DNA from: a virus
Direction: 5' to 3' (one strand)
IMG/VR virus record: IMGVR_UViG_3300031456_000010
Coordinates: 1-41,778 of that record
Length of the DNA: 41,778 nucleotides
Part shown: positions 29,039 to 37,847 of the stretch, piece by piece
Position numbering within the stretch: the stretch's first letter is position 1
Layout: every line of letters begins with the position of its first letter
Translations under genes and position numbers: made by a program
The notes under the pieces: model-generated
What the model was told of the DNA's origin: nothing
Seen by the model: the letters and a program-made list of their open reading frames with translations, nothing else
Databases searched by the model: none

Positions 29039-30390
29039 CGGATGTCAGTTGGCTGAATCGCTCGACCGGGTCGGTTGCAGCGAATCAAAGTAACCCCATT
29101 CCAGCGGCACTCTACGCAGGCACAACGCCGCTTTTATCCGATCAGCTCGGGCGGCTCGTCACGGGCACGGATAGCGAGCTGTTTTTTGATCAGGTCGACG
29201 GCACAGCGGTCGACATCCGTAAGTGGGCACAGACCGTCACGACCATGACGATTGCGCAAGCTTCAGGACTGATCACACTCAATTCTGGAGCCGTCACGAC
29301 GGCGAATGCGGTTGCGCGTTTGTCGTCGGTTAAATCGTTTCAGCTGTATGGCGACGTTCCGGTGGCCTGCGTGCTCGGCTTCGGCACCAACGTAGGTCCA
29401 CAAGCCAACGCCGTGATCGAGGCCGGCTTCATCGTTGCGACGGGGGTCACAGCCCCGACGGATGGGGTCTTTTTGCGGCTGTCGGCGGCGGGCCTTCAAG
29501 GCGTCATCAACTTCAACGGAGTGGAGACGACCGGGAGTTTTATCAACGTCCTCACCGGACAGGCGTATACCTGGATCCCCAGTGTTCAGCACACGATCTA
29601 TGTCGTGATCGCAGGCCCCACCTCGATTCAGTTCATCATCGATCAAACCGGGGTCTGTGCGATCACGGTCCCTTCAACGCAGCCTTTCGCGACTTCTAGC
29701 TCGCGGTTGCCGGTGACCTACCGCACCTACAACGCAGCGACGCCGCCTGCAACGGCGCCGCAGATCTTAGTCGGGCGGACCAACGTGGCGCAGGGCACCT
29801 ATCCGATGTCGCGCAACTGGGAGAGCATGCTCGTCCAGATTGGCAACGGATTTTGGCAATCGCCTGTTGCAACTTTTGCTCAGACGGCCAATCACACGAA
29901 TTCCACCGATCCAGTCAGCGCGACGCTGGCCAATGCGACGGCAGGCTACGCCACTCTCGGCGGACGGTTTCAGTTTGCCGCGGTCGCGGGCGCCGTGACG
30001 GACTACGCACTCTTTGGCTACCAAGTTCCCGCAGGTCAGCAATTAAGTCTGACGAGCATGGCGATCAGTACTGTAAACCTCGGTGCGGTGGTCGCGGTGA
30101 CACCGACCGTGCTGGACTGGGGCATTGGGCTCAATGCCAGTGCCGTGTCGTTGGCGACCGCGGATGGAGTCGGTACGTGGGCCCCGCGACGGGTGCCGTT
30201 AGCAATTCAAAGTTTCCCGGTAGCGGCCGGAATCGGCGCCTCCGTGCCCGATATCTTCCGACTGTTTCCGGAGACCGTTGTCGTGGATGGCGGGCGCTTT
30301 CTGCACGTGATTCTGCAGATTCCCGTGGGCACCGCAACCGTCGGGCAGATCATTCGCGGTGATGTGAGCTTTACGGGTTGGTACGAGTGA
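29035..30390 (+). CDS. Beta-rich 451-aa protein of unknown function between TerL and portal
   Basis: ATGA overlap with the TerL stop, and its own stop overlaps the portal start. Val/Thr/Gly/Ala-rich with almost no charged runs. The two halves have similar composition. Confidence 0.8.
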   Translation: MTDVSWLNRSTGSVAANQSNPIPAALYAGTTPLLSDQLGRLVTGTDSELFFDQVDGTAVDIRKWAQTVTTMTIAQASGLITLNSGAVTTANAVARLSSVKSFQLYGDVPVACVLGFGTNVGPQANAVIEAGFIVATGVTAPTDGVFLRLSAAGLQGVINFNGVETTGSFINVLTGQAYTWIPSVQHTIYVVIAGPTSIQFIIDQTGVCAITVPSTQPFATSSSRLPVTYRTYNAATPPATAPQILVGRTNVAQGTYPMSRNWESMLVQIGNGFWQSPVATFAQTANHTNSTDPVSATLANATAGYATLGGRFQFAAVAGAVTDYALFGYQVPAGQQLSLTSMAISTVNLGAVVAVTPTVLDWGIGLNASAVSLATADGVGTWAPRRVPLAIQSFPVAAGIGASVPDIFRLFPETVVVDGGRFLHVILQIPVGTATVGQIIRGDVSFTGWYE

Positions 30391-32489
30391 GCGAGACGGA
30401 GGACAAGCTACCGACGACGCCCATTGCGTGGCAACGTTACTGGGCAGATGAGCTGGAGAATGCGCAGACCTCTGCACTGAAGCGCTTTCATAGGCGCGGG
30501 GAGAAGATCGACAAAAAGTTCCGCGATGAGCGGCGTGATGATCGCGGCGATGATGAGCTAGGGGCGCTAAGTACTAAGCTCAACTTTTTCAATTCGAACA
30601 TCACCATGCTGATGAGCATGATGTACGGCAAGACGCCCAAAGCGGAAGTCGTACGTCGTTTTGCGGATGCGGACGATGATGTGTCGCGCGTCGCCGGCTT
30701 GATGCTTACTCGTATCCTCAATACCGACATCGAAGTGGCCGGCGAAGACATGGCCTCGGTGTTTCGCAATGCGTTGCAGGATCGGCTGATTCCCGGAATG
30801 GGTACTGCGCGGGTGCAGTATCAGTTTGAGGAAGAGGAAACGGTCACCCCGGCGATTCTCGCAACGGCGGAAGACGGGACGCAGATTGAGCTGGCGCCCG
30901 AGGTGCGCGAAACAAAGATCAAGAATGAGTGGACAGACATCCTCTACACGCACTGGAAAGATCTTTTGTGGGGCCCGGCGCGAATTTACTCTGAGATTCC
31001 GTGGGAAGCGTTTCGCAGCTACCTGACTAAGCGGGATTTGAAAAAGCGATTCAAAGAGTTGACGGACGAAGACATCGACAGTGTCTCGTTCGACTCTTAC
31101 GGTCCGATGCCGAAGGACGGCACGCAGAAAGCGACGCGGAAGAACAAAGCCGAAGTCTGGGAGATTTGGGACAAAGAAACGAAGCAAACCTTCTGGTGGG
31201 CCAAAGGCGCTAAGCGCATTTTGGATATGCAAGATGACCCGCTTGGTCTGAAAGGTTATTTTCCGGACCCCCCGCCAATGGTGGCTAATATCACGACTTC
31301 GCAGTTCATGCCGAAGTCGGACTACGACATCGCGCGGGACATCTATCAACAGATCGATGAGCTTGAGACACGTATTAATCTGCTCGTCGAAGCGTGCAAG
31401 TTGGTCGGTTGCTACGATGAGTCGCAAGATGGCTTGAAGCGTATTTTCAACGAAGCAGTTGAGAACGAGCTGATCCCGGTGAAGAACTGGGCTGCGTTCA
31501 TGGAGAAAGGCGGCGTTGCGGGCGCGATTCAGTGGATTCCGATCAAGGAAGTCGCGGAAGTCATCGAAATTCTCACCGGCAAGCAGGCACAGAAGATTCA
31601 GCAGCTGCAGCAGATCACCGGCATGTCGGATGTGATGCGTGGTGCGGCTTCTGCGCGGACTGAGCGTGTCAGTGCGACGGCGGACAAACTGGAGACACAG
31701 TTTGGTTCGATCCGTATCGAGGCGTTGCAAAATGAGTTTGCGCGGTGGGTGAATGACATCCAGGCGCTCAAAGTGGAGATCATCGCACGGCACTATCAAC
31801 CTTACTGCATCATTCAGCAGTCGAACATCATGCTGACACCGGATGCTAACCTGGCTGAGCAAGCGGTGGCGCTGATCAAGGATACAGAGAACTCGAAGTG
31901 GAAGATTACGGTGCGTCCAGAAACTCTGGCGATCTCGGACTACGCGCAGCTGAAGCAGGATCGTTCGGACTTCCTCATGGGACTTGCACAGTTTATGCAA
32001 TCTGCTGCTCCGTTGCTCGAGTTGTCACCGATGGCACTCCCCGTGCTGATGAAGCTGCTCAAGTGGTTTCTCGCCGGGTTTCGCGGATCTAACGAAGCAG
32101 AAGGTATTCTCGACAGTGCGATTACGCAGTTCGAGAAAGCTCCGCCGAAGACAGATAAACCTGATCCGGCTGTGGAGAAAGCCAAGGCGGAAATGGAGCT
32201 GAAGAAGCAAGAAGCGCAAGCTAAGATGCAGCAGGATCAGCAGGCGTTCCAAGCGGAAATGGAGCTGAAGAAGCAGGAGATGGAGCAGCGCCAGCAGGAA
32301 TTTATGCTCGAGATTCAACAACAGCGTGAAGAGCATGCGTTGGAGATGCGCAAAATTCAGGCTGAAATCATCGCTGCGGGAGAAGAGCAGCGAGTGCAGT
32401 TTGCGTTTAATGTTGCGGAACGTGATCACGACTTAGCGACGAAGAAAGAAGAAGCAAAAATAAAGAAGGAGGCGGCGAGTGAAGCGTAG
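30387..32489 (+). CDS. Portal protein (700 aa from GTG 30387; TTG 30378 alternative)
   Basis: Size and position. GTGA overlap upstream. Long C-terminal Glu/Lys/Gln coiled coil containing a 66-bp internal repeat. Confidence 0.8.
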   Translation: MSETEDKLPTTPIAWQRYWADELENAQTSALKRFHRRGEKIDKKFRDERRDDRGDDELGALSTKLNFFNSNITMLMSMMYGKTPKAEVVRRFADADDDVSRVAGLMLTRILNTDIEVAGEDMASVFRNALQDRLIPGMGTARVQYQFEEEETVTPAILATAEDGTQIELAPEVRETKIKNEWTDILYTHWKDLLWGPARIYSEIPWEAFRSYLTKRDLKKRFKELTDEDIDSVSFDSYGPMPKDGTQKATRKNKAEVWEIWDKETKQTFWWAKGAKRILDMQDDPLGLKGYFPDPPPMVANITTSQFMPKSDYDIARDIYQQIDELETRINLLVEACKLVGCYDESQDGLKRIFNEAVENELIPVKNWAAFMEKGGVAGAIQWIPIKEVAEVIEILTGKQAQKIQQLQQITGMSDVMRGAASARTERVSATADKLETQFGSIRIEALQNEFARWVNDIQALKVEIIARHYQPYCIIQQSNIMLTPDANLAEQAVALIKDTENSKWKITVRPETLAISDYAQLKQDRSDFLMGLAQFMQSAAPLLELSPMALPVLMKLLKWFLAGFRGSNEAEGILDSAITQFEKAPPKTDKPDPAVEKAKAEMELKKQEAQAKMQQDQQAFQAEMELKKQEMEQRQQEFMLEIQQQREEHALEMRKIQAEIIAAGEEQRVQFAFNVAERDHDLATKKEEAKIKKEAASEA

Positions 32490-32826
32490 ATTTCGCTACA
32501 ACGCAGAAACTAAGCAGATGGAAGAGCGCGCAGATGAGTCGTCGCGCTACGTAGGCGGCATTATCATTGGAGACATCGAACCCTTCGTTTCTCCGGTTGA
32601 TGGCTCGCTGATTTCGTCGCGTTCGGTGCTGCGAGATCATATGCGGCAGCATGGGCTTGCTCATACACAAGACTACTCGGCTCCGGGTGGCTACTGGGAC
32701 CGTGCTCAGAAAGCGCGGGCGGATCACTTAGCCGGAAAGACGAACATTCACTCGAAGCGACGGAAACAGCAGATGAGCGACGCCTTTGAACACTTAAGAA
32801 ATAAATCGAGGTACTCCCGTGGCTGA
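32479..32826 (+). CDS. Hypothetical head-module protein (115 aa)
   Basis: GTG start preceded by an AAGGAGG SD with a 6-nt spacer. Confidence 0.7.
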   Translation: MKRRFRYNAETKQMEERADESSRYVGGIIIGDIEPFVSPVDGSLISSRSVLRDHMRQHGLAHTQDYSAPGGYWDRAQKARADHLAGKTNIHSKRRKQQMSDAFEHLRNKSRYSRG

Positions 32827-33994
32827 CCGACGTGAGCAATTGGCGGATGCTTTTAAGGAGCACGTTGAAGATGAAACTACCGATGCCGGCGCAAGCGCTG
32901 ACAAAGTTGCTGACAGCGCCCCGGAAGCCGATGCCAGCGCAGCTGCTGACGAAACAGCCCACCGTGACGTTCCGGGGAGTGCCGATAGTGTTCGACGGGC
33001 CGATAAGTCAGCAAAGCCCGAGTCTGATCCTGGTAAGCCCGTGGGTGATGACGGCGTATCAAAAAATGCGAAGAAAGCTGACCCATCCAAAGGGGCCCAA
33101 GAAGATGCAGGCAAAGCAAAGTCGGTAGAGCAGACTGAAAAGGCTGCGGCTGAAGCGGCAGGCGATGCGCCTAAGATTTGGAAGCCCGCGGTGAGAGAGC
33201 ACTGGGCGAAACTGCCTTCTGATGTGCGCGATGCAATTAATGTGCGCGAACAAGAGATTGCGCGATTCATTTCGCAGCACGGGGCGGCCATTCAGCACAA
33301 GTCTCAGTTTGATCAGACGGTACAGCCGTTTTTGCCCTTCATCGCGGCGCAGCAGTCTACGCCGATGAAAGCCTTTCACGGCTTGATGACGACGGCGGCG
33401 CGGCTGACAACGGGCGCGCCACAAGCGAAGGCGCAAGTCATCGCAGAGATCATGGATACCTACGGCATCGACGTGGAAACGCTCGATGCGGTGTTGTCGG
33501 CGAAACTGACCGGCAAAGGACCTGCTGTGCAGGTGCCTGCGCAGAGCGGCCCTCCGGAGTGGGCGAAACCGCTATTTGATATGCAGAATGAAATTCGGCA
33601 GTCAAAGCAGGCGCGAGAGCAGCAGATTCAAGCCGCTGCGAATGCGGAGCTTGCTGAGATAGAGAAAAAGCCGTTTTTTAACGATCTGCGCGAAGATGTG
33701 GGCCTTCTCATGCAGCGGGCAGCGAGTCGCGGCGAGCTGATGACGCTGGAGCAGGCATACACAAAAGCGCGCAAGATGAACTCAGAGGTAGATAAGATTC
33801 TGACGCAGCGCGAAGCAGCGGCGAAGCAGGCACCGAATGGAGAGTCGACGGTCGATAAAGCACGGCGCGCGGCATCCGCGGTTCGAGGCTCCCCTAGTGG
33901 AGGAGCGGCCAACGGGGCAGTTAAAAATGCAGACAAAGCGGTGGATCGTCGCGCTGCGTTAACGGCAGCATTTGACGAGCTTGTGCAAGACTGA
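32819..33994 (+). CDS. Putative scaffolding protein (391 aa)
   Basis: GTG start. Acidic low-complexity N-terminus, helical remainder. Sits between the portal and the major capsid gene. Confidence 0.65.
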   Translation: MADRREQLADAFKEHVEDETTDAGASADKVADSAPEADASAAADETAHRDVPGSADSVRRADKSAKPESDPGKPVGDDGVSKNAKKADPSKGAQEDAGKAKSVEQTEKAAAEAAGDAPKIWKPAVREHWAKLPSDVRDAINVREQEIARFISQHGAAIQHKSQFDQTVQPFLPFIAAQQSTPMKAFHGLMTTAARLTTGAPQAKAQVIAEIMDTYGIDVETLDAVLSAKLTGKGPAVQVPAQSGPPEWAKPLFDMQNEIRQSKQAREQQIQAAANAELAEIEKKPFFNDLREDVGLLMQRAASRGELMTLEQAYTKARKMNSEVDKILTQREAAAKQAPNGESTVDKARRAASAVRGSPSGGAANGAVKNADKAVDRRAALTAAFDELVQD

Positions 33995-34142
33995 TAGTTT
34001 GCACAAGCCAGCTTAAGTAATGTTTCCGGACTTAAGGGACGCGCTACTCACCGATCATCGGATGTAGTTCTCACCCTAGTCAATACGAAAATTTCTGTCC
34101 TGGCGACAGGTCTTCGTTTTCCTGACTAGGAGTTTCGCCTCA

Positions 34143-35114
34143 ATGGCATTCCCTAACGTTTCCGATATCGTCGCGACGACGATCCAATCGCGTTCTGGCG
34201 AACTCGCCGACAACGTCACTAGGAACAACGCTTTGCTGATGAAGCTCAAGGGCCGCGGGAATGTCCGCACCTTTTCGGGCGGCAATGTCATTTTCGAGGA
34301 AATGAGCTTCGCGGAGAATGGCAACGCGGGCTACTACTCCGGCTACGACCTGCTTCCGGTTGCGGCGCAGGACGTGCTGACTGCTGCGGAGTATCAGATT
34401 AAACAAGCGGCGGTGCCAGTCACCGTTTCCGGCCTTGAGTTGCTGCAGAACGCAGGCAAAGAGAAAGTCATTGACATGATGGATGGCCGCATGGGCGTTG
34501 CCGAATCCAGCATTGAGAACTTGCTTGCGGGCGGTGTGTACGCTGACGGGACGGGTTTCGGCGGTAAAGAGGTAGTGGGCCTCAACGCAGCGGTGCCTGT
34601 CGTGCCAACGACGGGCACTTACGGCGGTATCGATCGTGCGGTCTGGACTTTCTGGCGCCCGAAGGTGACGAATCTCGCAGGCGGTGTGGTCACCGCAGCG
34701 AATATCCAAACACACATGAATGGCCTTTGGAGCCAGCTGATTCGCGGTCGGGATCACCCGGATTTGGTGATTGCGGATGCGAATTTTTGGACGCTGTATC
34801 TCGCTTCGCTGCAGGCTCAGCAACGCTTTACGCAAGCCGAGATTGGCGATCTCGGATTTCCCACGATCAAGTACATGGGGGTGGATTTCGTGCTGGATGG
34901 CGGTATTGGGGGTTTCTGCCCTAATAACACCCTGTTCATGCTGAACACCAAGTACATCTTCTGGCGCCCGCATGCGGCTCGTAACATGGTTCCGCTCAGC
35001 CCGAACAAGCGCTATGCGATCAACCAGGACGCTGAGGTTCAGATCATCGGCTGGGCCGGCAACATGACCACTTCGGGCTCGCAGTTCCAAGGCCGCTTGG
35101 ACGACAACGCCTAA
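34143..35114 (+). CDS. Major capsid protein (323 aa)
   Basis: Position after the scaffold gene. TAGGAG SD. Followed by a strong hairpin. The sequence resembles podovirus HK97-fold capsid proteins (recollection). Confidence 0.8.
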   Translation: MAFPNVSDIVATTIQSRSGELADNVTRNNALLMKLKGRGNVRTFSGGNVIFEEMSFAENGNAGYYSGYDLLPVAAQDVLTAAEYQIKQAAVPVTVSGLELLQNAGKEKVIDMMDGRMGVAESSIENLLAGGVYADGTGFGGKEVVGLNAAVPVVPTTGTYGGIDRAVWTFWRPKVTNLAGGVVTAANIQTHMNGLWSQLIRGRDHPDLVIADANFWTLYLASLQAQQRFTQAEIGDLGFPTIKYMGVDFVLDGGIGGFCPNNTLFMLNTKYIFWRPHAARNMVPLSPNKRYAINQDAEVQIIGWAGNMTTSGSQFQGRLDDNA

Positions 35115-35117
35115 TTT

Positions 35118-35143
35118 AAAGAGGTGGCGCAAGCCACCTCTTT
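35118..35143 (+). terminator. Hairpin terminator/attenuator after the capsid gene
   Basis: AAAGAGGTGGC-GCAA-GCCACCTCTTT: 11-bp perfect stem with a GNRA-type tetraloop. Confidence 0.7.
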
Positions 35144-35153
35144 GGAGATTTTG

Positions 35154-35900
35154 ATGACTTACAAGCTTGATTCTCAGTATGCGGGATACCCGCCCATTGA
35201 AGCGGTCGTTCCGGTACCGGCGCTGCCACCGTTTGGTCTGCCCATTTCTCCGGGCTTTCTTGTCCGAGCGGAAGACCCGGTATGGGGCCCGGGTGAATTC
35301 ATCTTTGGCCGAGTCAGTGCAGGTATCCGTCTCTACGGCGGATGTATGGCACTGCCGGTGTGGGATGCGACCAACAAGGTCTACACCTACAATTTCTTGG
35401 AATGGACGGCGACGGCGAATGCGGGCCGGCCGTACTACATCTATCAGGGCAACGTCGCAGGCACTACGGGCCAATATGCGTGGTTCCAGATGTCCGGCCG
35501 GAGCCCACTGAACAGCTCAGCGTCGGTTGCTGCAGGGGTTGCTGTCGGGCATAACGCGACGGGTCAGGGCACGCCTGATGCGGCGACGTTGGGCATCGAA
35601 GGTGCAATCTGTGTAACGCCTGCGACCCAGACTGTGGTGTCGGCGGGGCAGGGGGTGATCGGAGATAGTGCGATCAAGCTGGCCTCTACTGCAGGCTTCT
35701 TTGTCGGTGGGTACCTTACGGGCACCGGTGTAGGGACAAATGCGATTGTTACGGCGGTTGATCCGAATGGAAAGACCATCCAAGCCTCGGTGGTTAACAG
35801 CGCAGCCATTTCGGGCAATGTGACGGTGACGTACAACAATGCGACCATCTTCTACAACGTGCTGGAAATGAACCGTATGCACGGAGCTGACGAAGCCTAA
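35154..35900 (+). CDS. Putative capsid decoration / head-associated protein (248 aa)
   Basis: Start moved to ATG 35154 (GGAG SD, 7-nt spacer). Gly/Ala/Thr/Val-rich. Bracketed by two terminators. Confidence 0.7.
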   Translation: MTYKLDSQYAGYPPIEAVVPVPALPPFGLPISPGFLVRAEDPVWGPGEFIFGRVSAGIRLYGGCMALPVWDATNKVYTYNFLEWTATANAGRPYYIYQGNVAGTTGQYAWFQMSGRSPLNSSASVAAGVAVGHNATGQGTPDAATLGIEGAICVTPATQTVVSAGQGVIGDSAIKLASTAGFFVGGYLTGTGVGTNAIVTAVDPNGKTIQASVVNSAAISGNVTVTYNNATIFYNVLEMNRMHGADEA

Positions 35901-35929
35901 AGCGACTTTGACTCGATTCATGTACTCTT

Positions 35930-35962
35930 GGGGGCACTTAGCGCAAGCTTGGTGCCCCTTTT
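35930..35962 (+). terminator. Rho-independent terminator
   Basis: GGGGCAC..14-nt loop..GTGCCCC followed by TTTT. Confidence 0.75.
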
Positions 35963-35979
35963 CACAAGGAAATCTATAG

Positions 35980-36183
35980 ATGGCGCTTATTAAACTGAGT
36001 GTGCTCGCGCCGCTCATCGTGGCGGATGCGGCGGCGATCGCAACTGAGCTTGCGAACGGCGTGACGACAGCAAATGTTGTCGCACTGGCAGATTTGCTCA
36101 CCGTCTTAGCGGGGCGGAAGGACTTGCTCTTTCCTGCCCTTCAGATCAGCAAAACGGCAAAAGTAGAATTCCAACCGGAGTAA
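35980..36183 (+). CDS. Hypothetical protein (67 aa)
   Basis: ATG preceded by AAGGAA. Ala/Leu-rich. Confidence 0.6.
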   Translation: MALIKLSVLAPLIVADAAAIATELANGVTTANVVALADLLTVLAGRKDLLFPALQISKTAKVEFQPE

Positions 36184-36186
36184 TGC

Positions 36187-36828
36187 ATGTCCTTACAAGA
36201 AGCCTCTTTCGAGATGACATCGGCTGCGTTTACCAAAGAACGAGAAGCGGATAAAACGCTTTATGTTCATTTTTATTCCGATGCGATCCCAAACGAAGAG
36301 GCCAGCACGAAAGAGGGGCGTCTGATCTGCCGTGAAGTCGATTTTGTCATGATCATGACTCCCGGCGATAAGCTCTCGATTATTCGCCGGCCGATTCAAC
36401 CGCGTGACTTGCAGCGGTTCGGTGATCGATATGACGCCTTCAAGAAGGGGCGAGCACAAGAAGCGGCTTCCGGTACACCACTGCATACGGTGTCGTGGCT
36501 GTCGAAGTCACAAGTTAAGGAGCTGGAGTTTCTCGGCTGTCATACGCTTGAGAATCTGGCAGGTATGCCGGATAGCACGACACAGAAGTTCATGGCTGTA
36601 CAGGGCCTTAAGCAACGCGCGAAGGATGCGATTCAAGCAGCCAAAGAGGCCGCGCCCTTGCTGATCTTGCGCACAGAAATCGAACAGAAAGATGCGGAGC
36701 TTGAAGTGCTGCGCAAAGCTCAGCAAGACATGGCGGCGCAGATCGCGCAAATGCAGAACGCCATCATGAACTCTGCGATGAGTCAGGCGCAGACGGCTCA
36801 AGTACCGGAACGTGCAACAAGGAAGTAA
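36187..36828 (+). CDS. Virion-module protein (213 aa) with C-terminal coiled coil
   Basis: Long ORF in the structural block. No confident motif. Confidence 0.75.
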   Translation: MSLQEASFEMTSAAFTKEREADKTLYVHFYSDAIPNEEASTKEGRLICREVDFVMIMTPGDKLSIIRRPIQPRDLQRFGDRYDAFKKGRAQEAASGTPLHTVSWLSKSQVKELEFLGCHTLENLAGMPDSTTQKFMAVQGLKQRAKDAIQAAKEAAPLLILRTEIEQKDAELEVLRKAQQDMAAQIAQMQNAIMNSAMSQAQTAQVPERATRK

Positions 36829-36836
36829 TTTAGCTT

Positions 36837-37097
36837 GTGAAGCTCAGCAATTCTTTGTATGCGAACTGGCAGGCTGTAGTCGACAAACTACAGCCTGTTG
36901 CCGCCAGTGTGATCGCTTATTACTTCGTTGATACATCAATAAACAAAGTTGCTGAGATGTGGGCTGTTATCAGTCCAAGCGCACCGTTCCTCGTTTACGG
37001 TAACTTTGGGAATCAAGGTCCGACAGTCGCAACGGTCACGGGTAAGTACACTGCAGCAGTGGCAATCACTACTTCGCTTGGAGTTTCGGAGTCCTAA
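36837..37097 (+). CDS. Hypothetical protein (86 aa)
   Basis: GTG start. Its stop abuts the next GTG start. Confidence 0.6.
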   Translation: MKLSNSLYANWQAVVDKLQPVAASVIAYYFVDTSINKVAEMWAVISPSAPFLVYGNFGNQGPTVATVTGKYTAAVAITTSLGVSES

Positions 37098-37847
37098 GTG
37101 GCGCGATACGAGGAAGCTGGAGATATCGTTAACCGCGCGGCAGCGGAGTGCGGCATCACACCTATTCCGGATCCTTTTACCAGCTCGGATGCTGCCTTCA
37201 TTGAGCTGAAAACACTGCTCAATAGTTCAGGGCAGGAAATGTTGGCGCTGCATGAGTGGAACAAGCTCAATCGAACGCACTCGATTACGACTGGTACGAC
37301 GCCTGCTAATCCGGTTGGTACAGGGCAGTACGATCTTCCAGATGACTTCGGTTACTTCATCAACCAAACAGGCTGGGATCAGACCGAGCGCTTGCCACTT
37401 GGCGGACCGGTTACGCCGCAAGACTGGGCATATCTCGTTAACACGAATCTGGCGAACTCAACAGTCTTTGTGACCTTTAGAATGAACGAGGGTCAGTTTT
37501 GGGTGCTGCCGGATCCGCCGTTAAGCGGACAGGACATCAACTTTCAGTACATCTCTCGAAACTGGGTACAGCCTGCCGGTACGACGACGGCAGCAGATCG
37601 CGCAGATATTGCAACGGCGTTTGCCGATCTCGTTTTGTACGAGCCGATTCTTGCGATCAAGTTCCTAAAACTGCGTTTTCTCGAAGCGAAAGGCTTTGAT
37701 ACGACGGCAGCGGTGGGTCAGTTTCTCACTATGTTCAACTCTTGGACGGGGAAGGATGTCTCGGCGCCCGTACTGCGCATGACGCGTTCCCGTGTGTTCC
37801 CGTACTTGGGATATCGAAACATTCCCGAAACGGGCTACGGTTCTTAA
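37098..37847 (+). CDS. Putative adaptor / tail tubular A-like protein (249 aa)
   Basis: Position and size parallel the podovirus tail-tubular pair. No motif-level proof. Confidence 0.7.
   Translation: MARYEEAGDIVNRAAAECGITPIPDPFTSSDAAFIELKTLLNSSGQEMLALHEWNKLNRTHSITTGTTPANPVGTGQYDLPDDFGYFINQTGWDQTERLPLGGPVTPQDWAYLVNTNLANSTVFVTFRMNEGQFWVLPDPPLSGQDINFQYISRNWVQPAGTTTAADRADIATAFADLVLYEPILAIKFLKLRFLEAKGFDTTAAVGQFLTMFNSWTGKDVSAPVLRMTRSRVFPYLGYRNIPETGYGS

Noticed and set aside
30567-32000. 477-aa minus-strand ORF antisense to the portal gene. The same applies to 34140..35474 minus (444 aa), antisense to the capsid gene.
   Set aside because: Arg/His/Leu-rich low-complexity translation with no SD or coupling. 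These ORFs are fully antisense to genes with strong positional and motif support. They are typical shadow ORFs of GC-rich coding DNA.
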